Shown here: positions 40,776-49,537 of the stretch, one piece after another | Numbering within the stretch: position 1 is the stretch's first letter | Layout of the letters: each line of letters opens with the position of its first letter | NCBI GenBank assembly: GCA_025361565.1 | Contig: JANYKN010000081.1 | Span: forward strand, 13,353-77,352 | Direction: 5' to 3' | Source: Bacteroidota bacterium | GTDB lineage: Bacteria > Bacteroidota > Bacteroidia > Bacteroidales > NBLH01 | Length of the DNA stretch: 64,000 bases | Notes under the pieces: generated by a model | Database searches by the model: none | What the model was told of the DNA's origin: nothing | The model's input: only the letters and a program-made list of their open reading frames with translations | Position numbers and translations under genes: made by a program

Positions 40776-42929
40776 ATGAAAATATACGAAACAAAGGATA
40801 TTCGAAATTTATCGCTTTTAGGCAATGCAGGTTTAGGTAAAACTACATTGGCCGAAGCAATGCTTTTCGAAGGAGGAGTAATTAACAGACGTGGCGAGGT
40901 GAGTCAAAAAAACACGGTATCGGACTACCATGAAATTGAGCACGAGCGACAAGGGTCTGTTTTTTCAACAGTATTATATACTGAATGGCTTGGCAAAAAA
41001 CTCAACATTATTGACACACCTGGTGCAGATGATTTTGTAGGTGGAGTAATTTCAGCATTGCATGTAACTGATACCGGTTTGCTACTTTTAAATGCCCAAC
41101 ATGGTGTTGAAACTGGTACAGAAATAATATGGAGACATGCAGAAAGAATGCATAAACCAATCGTCTTTGTAGTAAATCAGCTTGATCATGATAAAGCTAA
41201 TTTTGAAAAGGCTTTTGAAGATGCAAAACAATCATTCGGAAACAAAGTTACTTTGGTTCAATACCCTATCAATCCAGGGCCCGATTTCAATGCAGTTATT
41301 GATGTACTTTTGATGAAAATGTACAAATGGGGGCCAAACGGAGGAGAGCCTACAATTACAGAAATTCCTGACAGTGAAAAAGAAAAAGCGGCTGAGTATC
41401 ATAATATATTAGTAGAAGCGGCTGCTGAAAATGATGAAACTTTAATGGAGATCTTTTTTGAAAAGGGAAGTCTTTCTGAAGATGAAATGAGGCAAGGAAT
41501 CCGAGTTGGACTAAGGACTCGTGGTTTATTTCCTGTTTTTTGTGTATCTGCAAAAAAAGACATGGGTGTTAGACGATTAATGCAATTTCTTGGCAATGTA
41601 ACACCTGCTCCAAATGATATGCCTGCACCTAAAAATAAAGATGGCAAAGAAATCAAATGTGACCCTTCGGGAAAAACATCCTTGTTTATTTTTAAAAATT
41701 CAATAGAACAGCATCTAGGAGATGTATTATTCTTTAAAGTGATGTCTGGAGAACTTACTGAAGGAATGGATTTAATAAATACAAACAAACAGGGAAAAGA
41801 AAGGGTTTCACAATTATATGCAGTTGCTGGCAAAAACAGAGAAAAAGTTGAAAAATTTGTAGCAGGGGATATTGGAGCAACTGTAAAACTAAAAGAAACA
41901 AAAACTAATCATACGCTAAATGAAAAAGGAGAAGACTGGACTTTTCCCGCCATGGTATTTCCAAACCCTAAATTCAGGATTGCAATTAAAGCAGTGGACG
42001 AAGCAGATGATGAGAAACTAGGTGAAGTTTTACATAGAATGAATGCACAGGATCCGACTGTAATTCTTGAGTATTCAAAAGAATTAAAACAGCTTATTCT
42101 TCATGGACAAGGCGAATTTCATCTAAATACAGTTAAATGGCATTTGGAAAACATTCACAAAATTCAAGTTCAGTTTATTGCTCCTAAAATTCCATATCGT
42201 GAAACTATTACCAAGGCAGCCCCAGCTGATTATCGCCATAAAAAGCAATCAGGTGGCGCAGGCCAATTTGGAGAAGTACATTTGGTAATTGAGCCTCATG
42301 AAGAAGGAAAACCAGAACCATCAAAATATAAATTTGGAGAAAAAGAACTTGCAGTTAATATCAGAGGTAAGGAGGAAATCCCATTGCCATGGGGAGGCAA
42401 ACTGGTATTCTATAATTGCATAGTTGGAGGTGTAATCGATGCCCGTTTTTTACCAGCAATTCTAAAAGGAATAATGGAAAAAATGGAACAGGGACCCTTA
42501 ACAGGTTCTTATGCCCGTGACATTAGAGTTTGCGTATATGATGGAAAAATGCATGCGGTTGATTCAAATGAAATTTCATTTAGACTAGCTGGTGCCAAAG
42601 CCTTTTCAGCAGCGTTTAAAATTGCAGGACCTAAAATTCTTGAACCTATCTATAATGTGGAGGTACTTGTTCCAAGTGACAGAATGGGTGATGTAATGAG
42701 CGATTTGCAAGGAAGAAGGGCGATGATTGAAGGAATGTCGAGCGAAAAAGGTTTTGAAAAACTAAAAGTTAGAGTTCCTTTGGCCGAAATGGGCAAATAC
42801 TCAACAGCTCTCAGTTCATTAACCAATGGCCGTGCTACTTTTACAATGAGTTTTGCCGAGTATGCTTCTGTGCCACACGAAATACAGGAAGGATTACTTA
42901 AAGCATACTCTGAGGAAGAGGAAGAATAA
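40776..42929 (+). CDS. fusA2: Elongation factor G paralog EF-G2
   Basis: Full EF-G architecture (KKQSGGAGQFG, HAVDS, EPIY) with altered G motifs (GNAGLGKTT, DTPGADDF, NQLD) and a domain IV insertion (EPHEEGKPEP...LPWGGKLVF). Confidence 0.9.
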   Translation: MKIYETKDIRNLSLLGNAGLGKTTLAEAMLFEGGVINRRGEVSQKNTVSDYHEIEHERQGSVFSTVLYTEWLGKKLNIIDTPGADDFVGGVISALHVTDTGLLLLNAQHGVETGTEIIWRHAERMHKPIVFVVNQLDHDKANFEKAFEDAKQSFGNKVTLVQYPINPGPDFNAVIDVLLMKMYKWGPNGGEPTITEIPDSEKEKAAEYHNILVEAAAENDETLMEIFFEKGSLSEDEMRQGIRVGLRTRGLFPVFCVSAKKDMGVRRLMQFLGNVTPAPNDMPAPKNKDGKEIKCDPSGKTSLFIFKNSIEQHLGDVLFFKVMSGELTEGMDLINTNKQGKERVSQLYAVAGKNREKVEKFVAGDIGATVKLKETKTNHTLNEKGEDWTFPAMVFPNPKFRIAIKAVDEADDEKLGEVLHRMNAQDPTVILEYSKELKQLILHGQGEFHLNTVKWHLENIHKIQVQFIAPKIPYRETITKAAPADYRHKKQSGGAGQFGEVHLVIEPHEEGKPEPSKYKFGEKELAVNIRGKEEIPLPWGGKLVFYNCIVGGVIDARFLPAILKGIMEKMEQGPLTGSYARDIRVCVYDGKMHAVDSNEISFRLAGAKAFSAAFKIAGPKILEPIYNVEVLVPSDRMGDVMSDLQGRRAMIEGMSSEKGFEKLKVRVPLAEMGKYSTALSSLTNGRATFTMSFAEYASVPHEIQEGLLKAYSEEEEE

Positions 42930-42952
42930 AATCCGAGTTTGGAATATGAATC

Positions 42953-42981
42953 AAGGAGTAAAGAAATTTACTCCTTTTTTT
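42953..42981 (+). terminator. Intrinsic terminator after EF-G2
   Basis: AAGGAGTAAA-gaaa-TTTACTCCTT followed by a T run. Confidence 0.75.
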
Positions 42982-44035
42982 ATTTTTTAGAAGTGTAAAA
43001 ATCAGAAAGATTAAAACTAATAGAGAAATGATTTGAAGCACCAGCCAAATGATAAATTGATTGACCAAAACTCAGCTTGATTTTTGAAATATGAAGGTAA
43101 ATTCCCCACGAAAACCCAACAAGAAATGGACGGGTTGGAACCATCATTTCTTTTCGTCGTTGGTGGTTGTACCCAATCATAACCATAAAGTTTTTTGAAG
43201 GTATAAACTCAGTTCCAAATATGGTGTGCCTGAAAAAATTATCAAAAATATTGAACTCATAATTCTTTTGAGAATTACCTTGATTTGGAGTTGATGTATA
43301 TGAAGGGTTTCCATTTAAATTATATGTCAAATCCCATTTTTGGATATGATGATACAGTATAGAAAAACGGAAAGGTGCATGTTCCAGTTTTCGGCTTACG
43401 CCAATTTGAAGATCAAAAGGCAGTGACTCATAATTGCCTGGATTATAAGGTTTAATCTGAGAGCCTGCATTTTTAAGAACCAAGGCAGCTGAAAACATAC
43501 GGTTGCTTGACTGGTAGTTTAACCCAGCATCAAGAGCTAAACCAAATGAATTATAGGTTTCTAATTGCGAATAAATTGGTTTAAAGTTTACACCCATTGT
43601 CAACATGCTATCGATAATTGACTTTGACCAATAAATATTTAAAGCCAATTCAAAAGCTTTAAATTCTCCTGTTATTTTTCCTGAGGGATCTGCTTTTGTG
43701 AATTTACCATAATTAATATAGTGGATGCCCGCTGCAAAAACCCCAACGTGTTTAAAATCTTTGGCATAGGCAGCATAACCGTAATTTATTCCAGAGAAAT
43801 AATTGACATAATTCAAAACCAGGTTATTGGTCATCGATTTGACCAAGAGCGCAGGATTGTGAAATACTAAGTTCAAATCACCATCAGATATAGAAATATT
43901 CTGACCACCAAGAGCAGCTACCCTTGCTGAATTTGTTAGTTTTAAAAAACCATATGTAGAAGTTCCGCCAATTTGACCTAATACATTGATACATACAATA
44001 ATCAACAATACAGCTAATGAAAGAGTCCTTTTCAA
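42980..44035 (-). CDS. porQ: Type IX secretion system protein PorQ
   Basis: Signal peptide, then QIGG.STYGFLKL.NSARVAALGG, HNPALL, KLEHAPFRFS, GYNHQRRKEM; FadL-like barrel pattern. Confidence 0.85.
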   Translation of the reverse strand: MKRTLSLAVLLIIVCINVLGQIGGTSTYGFLKLTNSARVAALGGQNISISDGDLNLVFHNPALLVKSMTNNLVLNYVNYFSGINYGYAAYAKDFKHVGVFAAGIHYINYGKFTKADPSGKITGEFKAFELALNIYWSKSIIDSMLTMGVNFKPIYSQLETYNSFGLALDAGLNYQSSNRMFSAALVLKNAGSQIKPYNPGNYESLPFDLQIGVSRKLEHAPFRFSILYHHIQKWDLTYNLNGNPSYTSTPNQGNSQKNYEFNIFDNFFRHTIFGTEFIPSKNFMVMIGYNHQRRKEMMVPTRPFLVGFSWGIYLHISKIKLSFGQSIYHLAGASNHFSISFNLSDFYTSKK

Positions 44036-44973
44036 TTTTTCGATATATTATTTTTTAACGGAATAATTACATTTTGAATATGAGCAAGTTTTTTTAATTG
44101 TGATAGAAACAATCCACAAAGTACGATAAAAATTCCAGTAATATTAAGAAAAGATAATTTCTCATTTAATATAAAATATGAAAAAATTGCAGTGAAAACA
44201 GGTATCAAATTAGACATAGAATTGGCTTTAACAATTCCAAGTTCCCTGATTCCGTATGTAAACAAAATAAATGCAAGGGATGAAGCAAATATTGATAGTG
44301 CAATAAGTGGCTCAATTATTTCGAAAGTGATTTTAACACTTCTAAAATGTTCAAAATCGAAATAAAGAAAAAATGGCATAAAAAACAAAATACCAAGCAC
44401 ATTTTGATAGCTAATTATAGAGTAGATATTGTATTTTTTAGCAATATTAACAACAAGAATTGAATAACTTATAGCTGAAAAAACAGCCAATCCCATTAAA
44501 AAAACACCAATAAATGAAACATTGAAAGAAAAATCATCAGTCAAAATAACCAGAACAACACCATTTATTGAAATAATAATTCCAATTATGTTAACGATTT
44601 TCAATTTTTCCTTTAAAAAATACCATGCGGCAATTGGCGAAAAAAGTGGGATGGTTGAAATAAGTACAGAAGATATTGTTGCACTTACATAATTTAAACC
44701 AATTGTTTCACCAATAAAATAAAGAAAAGGCTGAAATAAAGCCAATAAAATGAAAGAGCCAATATCCTTTCGTTTAACTTTTTGCAATCTATTAAATAGA
44801 AATCCGAATACTATCAGAAAAATTGATGAAATAATTAATCTTAACGTAACAATAGTAATTGGTTGATAAAAATGAAGTAATAACTTTGTCCAGATGAAAG
44901 AAAAGCCCCAAAAAATCATTGCAATAAAAATAGCAATATAAGTTATAAATAATTTACGCTTTATTTCGGTCAT
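44032..44973 (-). CDS. DMT/EamA family transporter
   Basis: Ten TM segments; IFWGFSFIWTK; LIPVFTAIFSYFILNE. Confidence 0.9.
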   Translation of the reverse strand: MTEIKRKLFITYIAIFIAMIFWGFSFIWTKLLLHFYQPITIVTLRLIISSIFLIVFGFLFNRLQKVKRKDIGSFILLALFQPFLYFIGETIGLNYVSATISSVLISTIPLFSPIAAWYFLKEKLKIVNIIGIIISINGVVLVILTDDFSFNVSFIGVFLMGLAVFSAISYSILVVNIAKKYNIYSIISYQNVLGILFFMPFFLYFDFEHFRSVKITFEIIEPLIALSIFASSLAFILFTYGIRELGIVKANSMSNLIPVFTAIFSYFILNEKLSFLNITGIFIVLCGLFLSQLKKLAHIQNVIIPLKNNISKN

Positions 44974-45080
44974 TATGCATTATTCTAATTTCAGACTGAC
45001 TTTGATGCTAATTTATTATTCTATTAATATTAAAATACATTTTAAAAATGAAACCATTGTTTCCCTTTTTAAAATGTGCT

Positions 45081-45088
45081 CAAAGATA
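45081..45088 (-). promoter_or_regulatory. -7 element upstream of the DMT-porQ pair
   Basis: TATCTTTG. Confidence 0.5.
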
Positions 45089-45141
45089 TAATATTAAACG
45101 TATTGGGAAAATGATGAAATTTTAGCTATTATTGAATCCAA

Positions 45142-46266
45142 TCAATAAATACTTTTTCTATATAATACATTTCGTTCACTCAGATAATTCATAATATATT
45201 GATAACAAGCAAGATCTTCGCCAATAAATTCAGGCGGGGTAATCCCTATTTTATTGTACTTGCTTTCGAGCAATAAATTTACAGCAGCGGTACAAGTATA
45301 TCCAGTGGTACGAGCCATTGAAATTGTTTTGCTTTCTCTATCATATTTATCGAGTAAATCGTATTGATAGCCAATGGGTTTGCCATTTTCAATTCCTTCA
45401 ACTTTTATACGCATGATGGTATAATCTTCTTCACCTTCTTTCAATTGCCAGATTGGAAAAAGTAGTTTTGCAGTTAAATCAATAGGACGAATAAGCGTTC
45501 CATTTACATCAACTTTGTTGTAAGAGAAGAAACCACTTTCGCGAAGAACCCTAAAATATTCAATAGTACCAGGATATCGAAGTGTTTTTTCAATCATATC
45601 TGGGACCTGAATTGTTTTAAGAATTGTACGCAAACCATCAGAATTCCATGATTCTAAGCTACCTACACCTGGGAAATGAATCAATTCAGCATCGGACAAT
45701 GCTTCCCTTGTAACGATTTGACCATTTTGAATATAGCGTGCAGGACGGATATACTCTTCAATTACATCAATTGGCGAAAAAACTGCTTTATATTCATATG
45801 GCCATACTCTTTCAACAGGGAGGCCTCCAACCAAACATTCAAATTTTTTAACTTCCATTTGTTTGTTGTACCGGCCAAGAATAAGATTGCTCATTCCCGG
45901 GGCAACACCACAATCAACAACAGCAGTAACATTATGCTTTTTAGCCAAATCATCCAATTCAAATGGATCTTCAGGAAAAAAAGCGATATCAACTATGTTC
46001 TTTCCAGATTCGATTACTGTTTTTAGCGTTTGAAAGCCCATAAAACCAGGAACTGCGTTTACAACTATATCTGCATCCTTAATCAGATACCGGATATTTG
46101 CCGGATTCTTCAAATCAGAGTTCACTGCCTCAATGTTTCTCTTATTGGCCAAATAGTCGAGTTCAGCATCACTGATATCGACAGAAACTACCTGGTGAGT
46201 TTTTGCTAAATCAATTGCAATTGCTTTTCCAACACGCCCAGCACCTAAGACTACAATTTTTTTCAT
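45142..46266 (-). CDS. Saccharopine dehydrogenase / lysine 6-dehydrogenase family oxidoreductase
   Basis: Rossmann VLGAGRVG; DCGVAPGMSN; EKTLRYPG; SMARTTGY. Confidence 0.88.
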   Translation of the reverse strand: MKKIVVLGAGRVGKAIAIDLAKTHQVVSVDISDAELDYLANKRNIEAVNSDLKNPANIRYLIKDADIVVNAVPGFMGFQTLKTVIESGKNIVDIAFFPEDPFELDDLAKKHNVTAVVDCGVAPGMSNLILGRYNKQMEVKKFECLVGGLPVERVWPYEYKAVFSPIDVIEEYIRPARYIQNGQIVTREALSDAELIHFPGVGSLESWNSDGLRTILKTIQVPDMIEKTLRYPGTIEYFRVLRESGFFSYNKVDVNGTLIRPIDLTAKLLFPIWQLKEGEEDYTIMRIKVEGIENGKPIGYQYDLLDKYDRESKTISMARTTGYTCTAAVNLLLESKYNKIGITPPEFIGEDLACYQYIMNYLSERNVLYRKSIY

Positions 46267-46421
46267 TCTGGTTTTTTTTGGTTATTATTTAAGGTATATA
46301 ATATAAGGTATATATCATTTAATTAAAAAGTACTTTACGAAAATAATCAAAACAATTTAGAGGGAGGTGAACTTCAACAAATTTATTTGAGAATACTTAA
46401 AATTGTCTTAATCTTTTAAAA

Positions 46422-47870
46422 CTAAAGATGCTCCATTAAATCTTCGATAGAATAACCAGCTTTTAATAAATTCGAAGGACTAAGGATTGACTTGAGTTTG
46501 GATTTTTCAATGAATTTCAATTTATCATTGGCATCAAAAACATCACACGCTGAAATTTTCATGGCATTTGCCAGTTCGGAAGCTTTGTTATAACCAATAT
46601 AAGGAACAAGGGCTGTTGTAATTATTGGACTCCGATAAAGTTTGTCGCTTGAAAGTTTTTGGTTTATAGTAATTTCTGAAAACAAATTATTGAGCAATGA
46701 AATATTAGCAGAAATCAACAACTTTAAGCTTTGAATAATTGAATGACCAATTATAGGAAGGTAGGCATTCAAATCAAGGCATCCCTGAGCAGACAGACTG
46801 GTAATCAATAAATCATTACTATATACCTGATGTGCAATACTTATTACGTATTCGGGAATTACCGGATTTACTTTTGAAGGCATAATGGTACTTCCAAGTT
46901 GCTTTTTTGGTATGCTAAGCTCTTTTTTATCAATCAGATCGGAAGCAAGCAATCGGATGTCATTAACCATTTTTTCGAGGTTGACAGCATGCGACTTTAA
47001 AGTAGCATGGATTTCGACAAATGAATCAAAATTAACTGTTGCATCCTGTAAATTTTCGCCACGGGTTATGGGTAATTTTGTTAGTTCTTGCAGTTCACGA
47101 ACTACTTCCATCATGTAAAAACGGGGAACTGAAATTCCTGTACCGATCGCTGTTCCACCCAAATTCACCACTTTAATACGCTCAAAACATTTAGAAACCC
47201 TCCACCAATCACGTGAAAGAGCATCATTGTATGTACTAAATAGCCTTCCGTAGGATGAAGGCACGGCTTCTTGCATTTGTGTATACGCAATACGCAAGCT
47301 ATCGCGATGTTCTTTTTCAATAGATTCTATGCTGGACCTCAAATTATTTATGGATTGCTCTAAATCAGCAAATAGCCTTATGATGGCGATTCGCAATGCT
47401 GTTGGAATAACATCATTGGTTGACTGAAACACATTTGCATGCTCAATTGGATCTATTAACTGGTAATCGCCTGGCTTTTTCCCTAATAGAATCAGTGCTT
47501 GATTTGCAATAATTTCATTAATGTTTAAATTGATACTTGTACCTGCCCCGCCCTGAATGGCCGGTATTATAAAATCCTCAAAATGTTTTCCTTCGGCAAC
47601 ATCAGATGAAGCACTTACAAGAACATCTAGTACCTCATCACTAATTAATTGAATTGGAATTTTATTATTTGGATATTTACGGTTTATCGCTTTTTTGAAT
47701 TTTTTATAAACCTGATATACTGCCAGTTTAGTTATACCAACTGCCTGATACCACTCCAAATGAAAAACTGAGTCGTTCAAGAAATTATTTTTTGCACGAT
47801 ATGAATGAATACCAAACAATGCATCATCCGGTATTTCAATTTCACCAATAAAATCCCTCTCAACTCGCAT
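46422..47870 (-). CDS. Aspartate ammonia-lyase-like protein (fumarase/aspartase superfamily)
   Basis: QGGAGTS.N.N.NE; QSTNDVIPT; signature GSTIMPSKVNPVIPE. Confidence 0.8.
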   Translation of the reverse strand: MRVERDFIGEIEIPDDALFGIHSYRAKNNFLNDSVFHLEWYQAVGITKLAVYQVYKKFKKAINRKYPNNKIPIQLISDEVLDVLVSASSDVAEGKHFEDFIIPAIQGGAGTSINLNINEIIANQALILLGKKPGDYQLIDPIEHANVFQSTNDVIPTALRIAIIRLFADLEQSINNLRSSIESIEKEHRDSLRIAYTQMQEAVPSSYGRLFSTYNDALSRDWWRVSKCFERIKVVNLGGTAIGTGISVPRFYMMEVVRELQELTKLPITRGENLQDATVNFDSFVEIHATLKSHAVNLEKMVNDIRLLASDLIDKKELSIPKKQLGSTIMPSKVNPVIPEYVISIAHQVYSNDLLITSLSAQGCLDLNAYLPIIGHSIIQSLKLLISANISLLNNLFSEITINQKLSSDKLYRSPIITTALVPYIGYNKASELANAMKISACDVFDANDKLKFIEKSKLKSILSPSNLLKAGYSIEDLMEHL

Positions 47871-47885
47871 TTTTCAATGATTTAC

Positions 47886-49052
47886 TTATCGGCTAATTGG
47901 CTGTGCAAAGGTCTTAACATCTTCTCCCGTAATTACATCCTCACATAAAATAATCAAGCGCTCCAATACATTTCGAAATTCGCGAATATTTCCTGTCCAA
48001 TTAATTTTTTGCAATTCTTTAATTGCATCTTCAGTGACAGTTTTTTGAGGCATTCCATAATCATCGCAAACTAATCCCATAAAATGCTCCGTAAGTAATG
48101 GGATATCTTCCAGTCTTTCGTTAAGTGAAGGTACATGAATTAAGATTACACTTAATCTGTGATATAAATCTTCGCGGAAGTTATTATTTTCAATTTCAGT
48201 CCTTAGATCTTTGTTTGTGGCGGCAATAACTCGAACATCCACTCTAATCTGTTTGTCGCTTCCAACCCGATAAATGGTATTTTCTTGCAAAGCCCTTAAA
48301 ACTTTTGCCTGAGCAGAAAGGCTCATATCGCCAATTTCATCGAGAAGTATTGTTCCGCCATTTGCTTGTTCAAATTTTCCTTTTCGTTGTTTGTGGGCAG
48401 ATGTAAAAGCGCCCTTTTCATGGCCAAACAATTCACTTTCAATAAGTTCTGATGGAATTGCAGCACAGTTTACTTCAACGAATGGATAAGGGGCACGCTG
48501 ACTCTTTTCGTGCATCCATCGAGCTACCAATTCTTTCCCTGTGCCATTGCTGCCGGTAATTAAGACTCGGGCATCGGTTGGTGCAACACGGTCTATCATA
48601 TCTTTAACCTTTTTGATGGCATCAGACTGACCAATCATTTCATATGTTTTGCTAACTTTTCTCTTTAATTTCTGAGTCTCGATAATTAAATCTTTTCTTT
48701 CGAGGGCGTTTCTGATAGTTACAAGTAAGCGATTGAGGTCTAAAGGCTTTTCAATAAAATCATAGGCTCCTTTTTTCAGCGTTTCAACTGCGGTTTCAAC
48801 TGTTGCGTGACCCGAAATCATTATTACAGGAACATCTGGACAAATATCCATTAATTTTTCAACTACTTCTACACCATCCATTTGTGGCATTTTTATATCA
48901 CAAAGAATAATATCGAATTTGTTCTCGGTAGCCATTTCGAGCCCTTCAATCCCATCAGAAGCAGTTTCCACCTGATGATCTTCATATTCAAGGATTTCCT
49001 TTAAGGTATTTCTAATCGGTTTTTCGTCGTCTATAACTAATATCTTTGCCAT
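47886..49052 (-). CDS. REC-AAA+ sigma54-interacting regulator without C-terminal HTH
   Basis: REC; GSNGTGKE; [15 protein letters not shown]; LLDEIG; [10 protein letters not shown]; protein ends right after the AAA+ domain. Confidence 0.9.
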   Translation of the reverse strand: MAKILVIDDEKPIRNTLKEILEYEDHQVETASDGIEGLEMATENKFDIILCDIKMPQMDGVEVVEKLMDICPDVPVIMISGHATVETAVETLKKGAYDFIEKPLDLNRLLVTIRNALERKDLIIETQKLKRKVSKTYEMIGQSDAIKKVKDMIDRVAPTDARVLITGSNGTGKELVARWMHEKSQRAPYPFVEVNCAAIPSELIESELFGHEKGAFTSAHKQRKGKFEQANGGTILLDEIGDMSLSAQAKVLRALQENTIYRVGSDKQIRVDVRVIAATNKDLRTEIENNNFREDLYHRLSVILIHVPSLNERLEDIPLLTEHFMGLVCDDYGMPQKTVTEDAIKELQKINWTGNIREFRNVLERLIILCEDVITGEDVKTFAQPISR

Positions 49053-49077
49053 GATTCTTATTTTATTCTATTAAAGG

Positions 49078-49085
49078 CAAATATA
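49078..49085 (-). promoter_or_regulatory. -7 element for the regulator-aspartase operon
   Basis: TATATTTG 26 bp upstream of the start. Confidence 0.55.
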
Positions 49086-49537
49086 CTTTTTTCTAAGTAA
49101 AGTATTAAATTTTTCGCATATTAATTTTATAAATCTAGCTTTAAGAACTTTTTTAATGCCTTTATTTTTGATCAATTGTGATGTTTAAAAAAAATCCTGA
49201 TTTTTTTATTCAAAAAAAGTATTGGAATAAAACTTCCATTCAATGAATTAGATTGACAATAAGGATCAAAATAATCATAGAATTAAGACAATTATATCTT
49301 ATTTTATACACAAATTAAAATTTAGCCTGATTTTTGACACATAAAATAGCAATATCCAAATTATCATAAAAATTATCTTTTACCAATAAATCAATAACTA
49401 CAATAAACAAAAATACGAATACGTACAATAAATGATTTTAAATTGATATTTTTTTTTGTAATTTGCTGATTGATTGAATAAACTAATTTATGAACTCACT
49501 CCAAATAATTGCCAATTCTAATAAAAACAGTTCAACA

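Noticed and set aside
46290-46314. Direct repeat TAAGGTATATA x2 upstream of the saccharopine dehydrogenase-like gene
   Set aside because: Only two low-complexity copies; cannot be distinguished from a chance micro-duplication.
49323-49337. Possible sigma54 -24/-12 promoter (TAGCCT-GATTT-TTGA) facing the TPR-caspase gene
   Set aside because: Spacing fits but the near-invariant GG and GC are both altered; too weak in AT-rich DNA.
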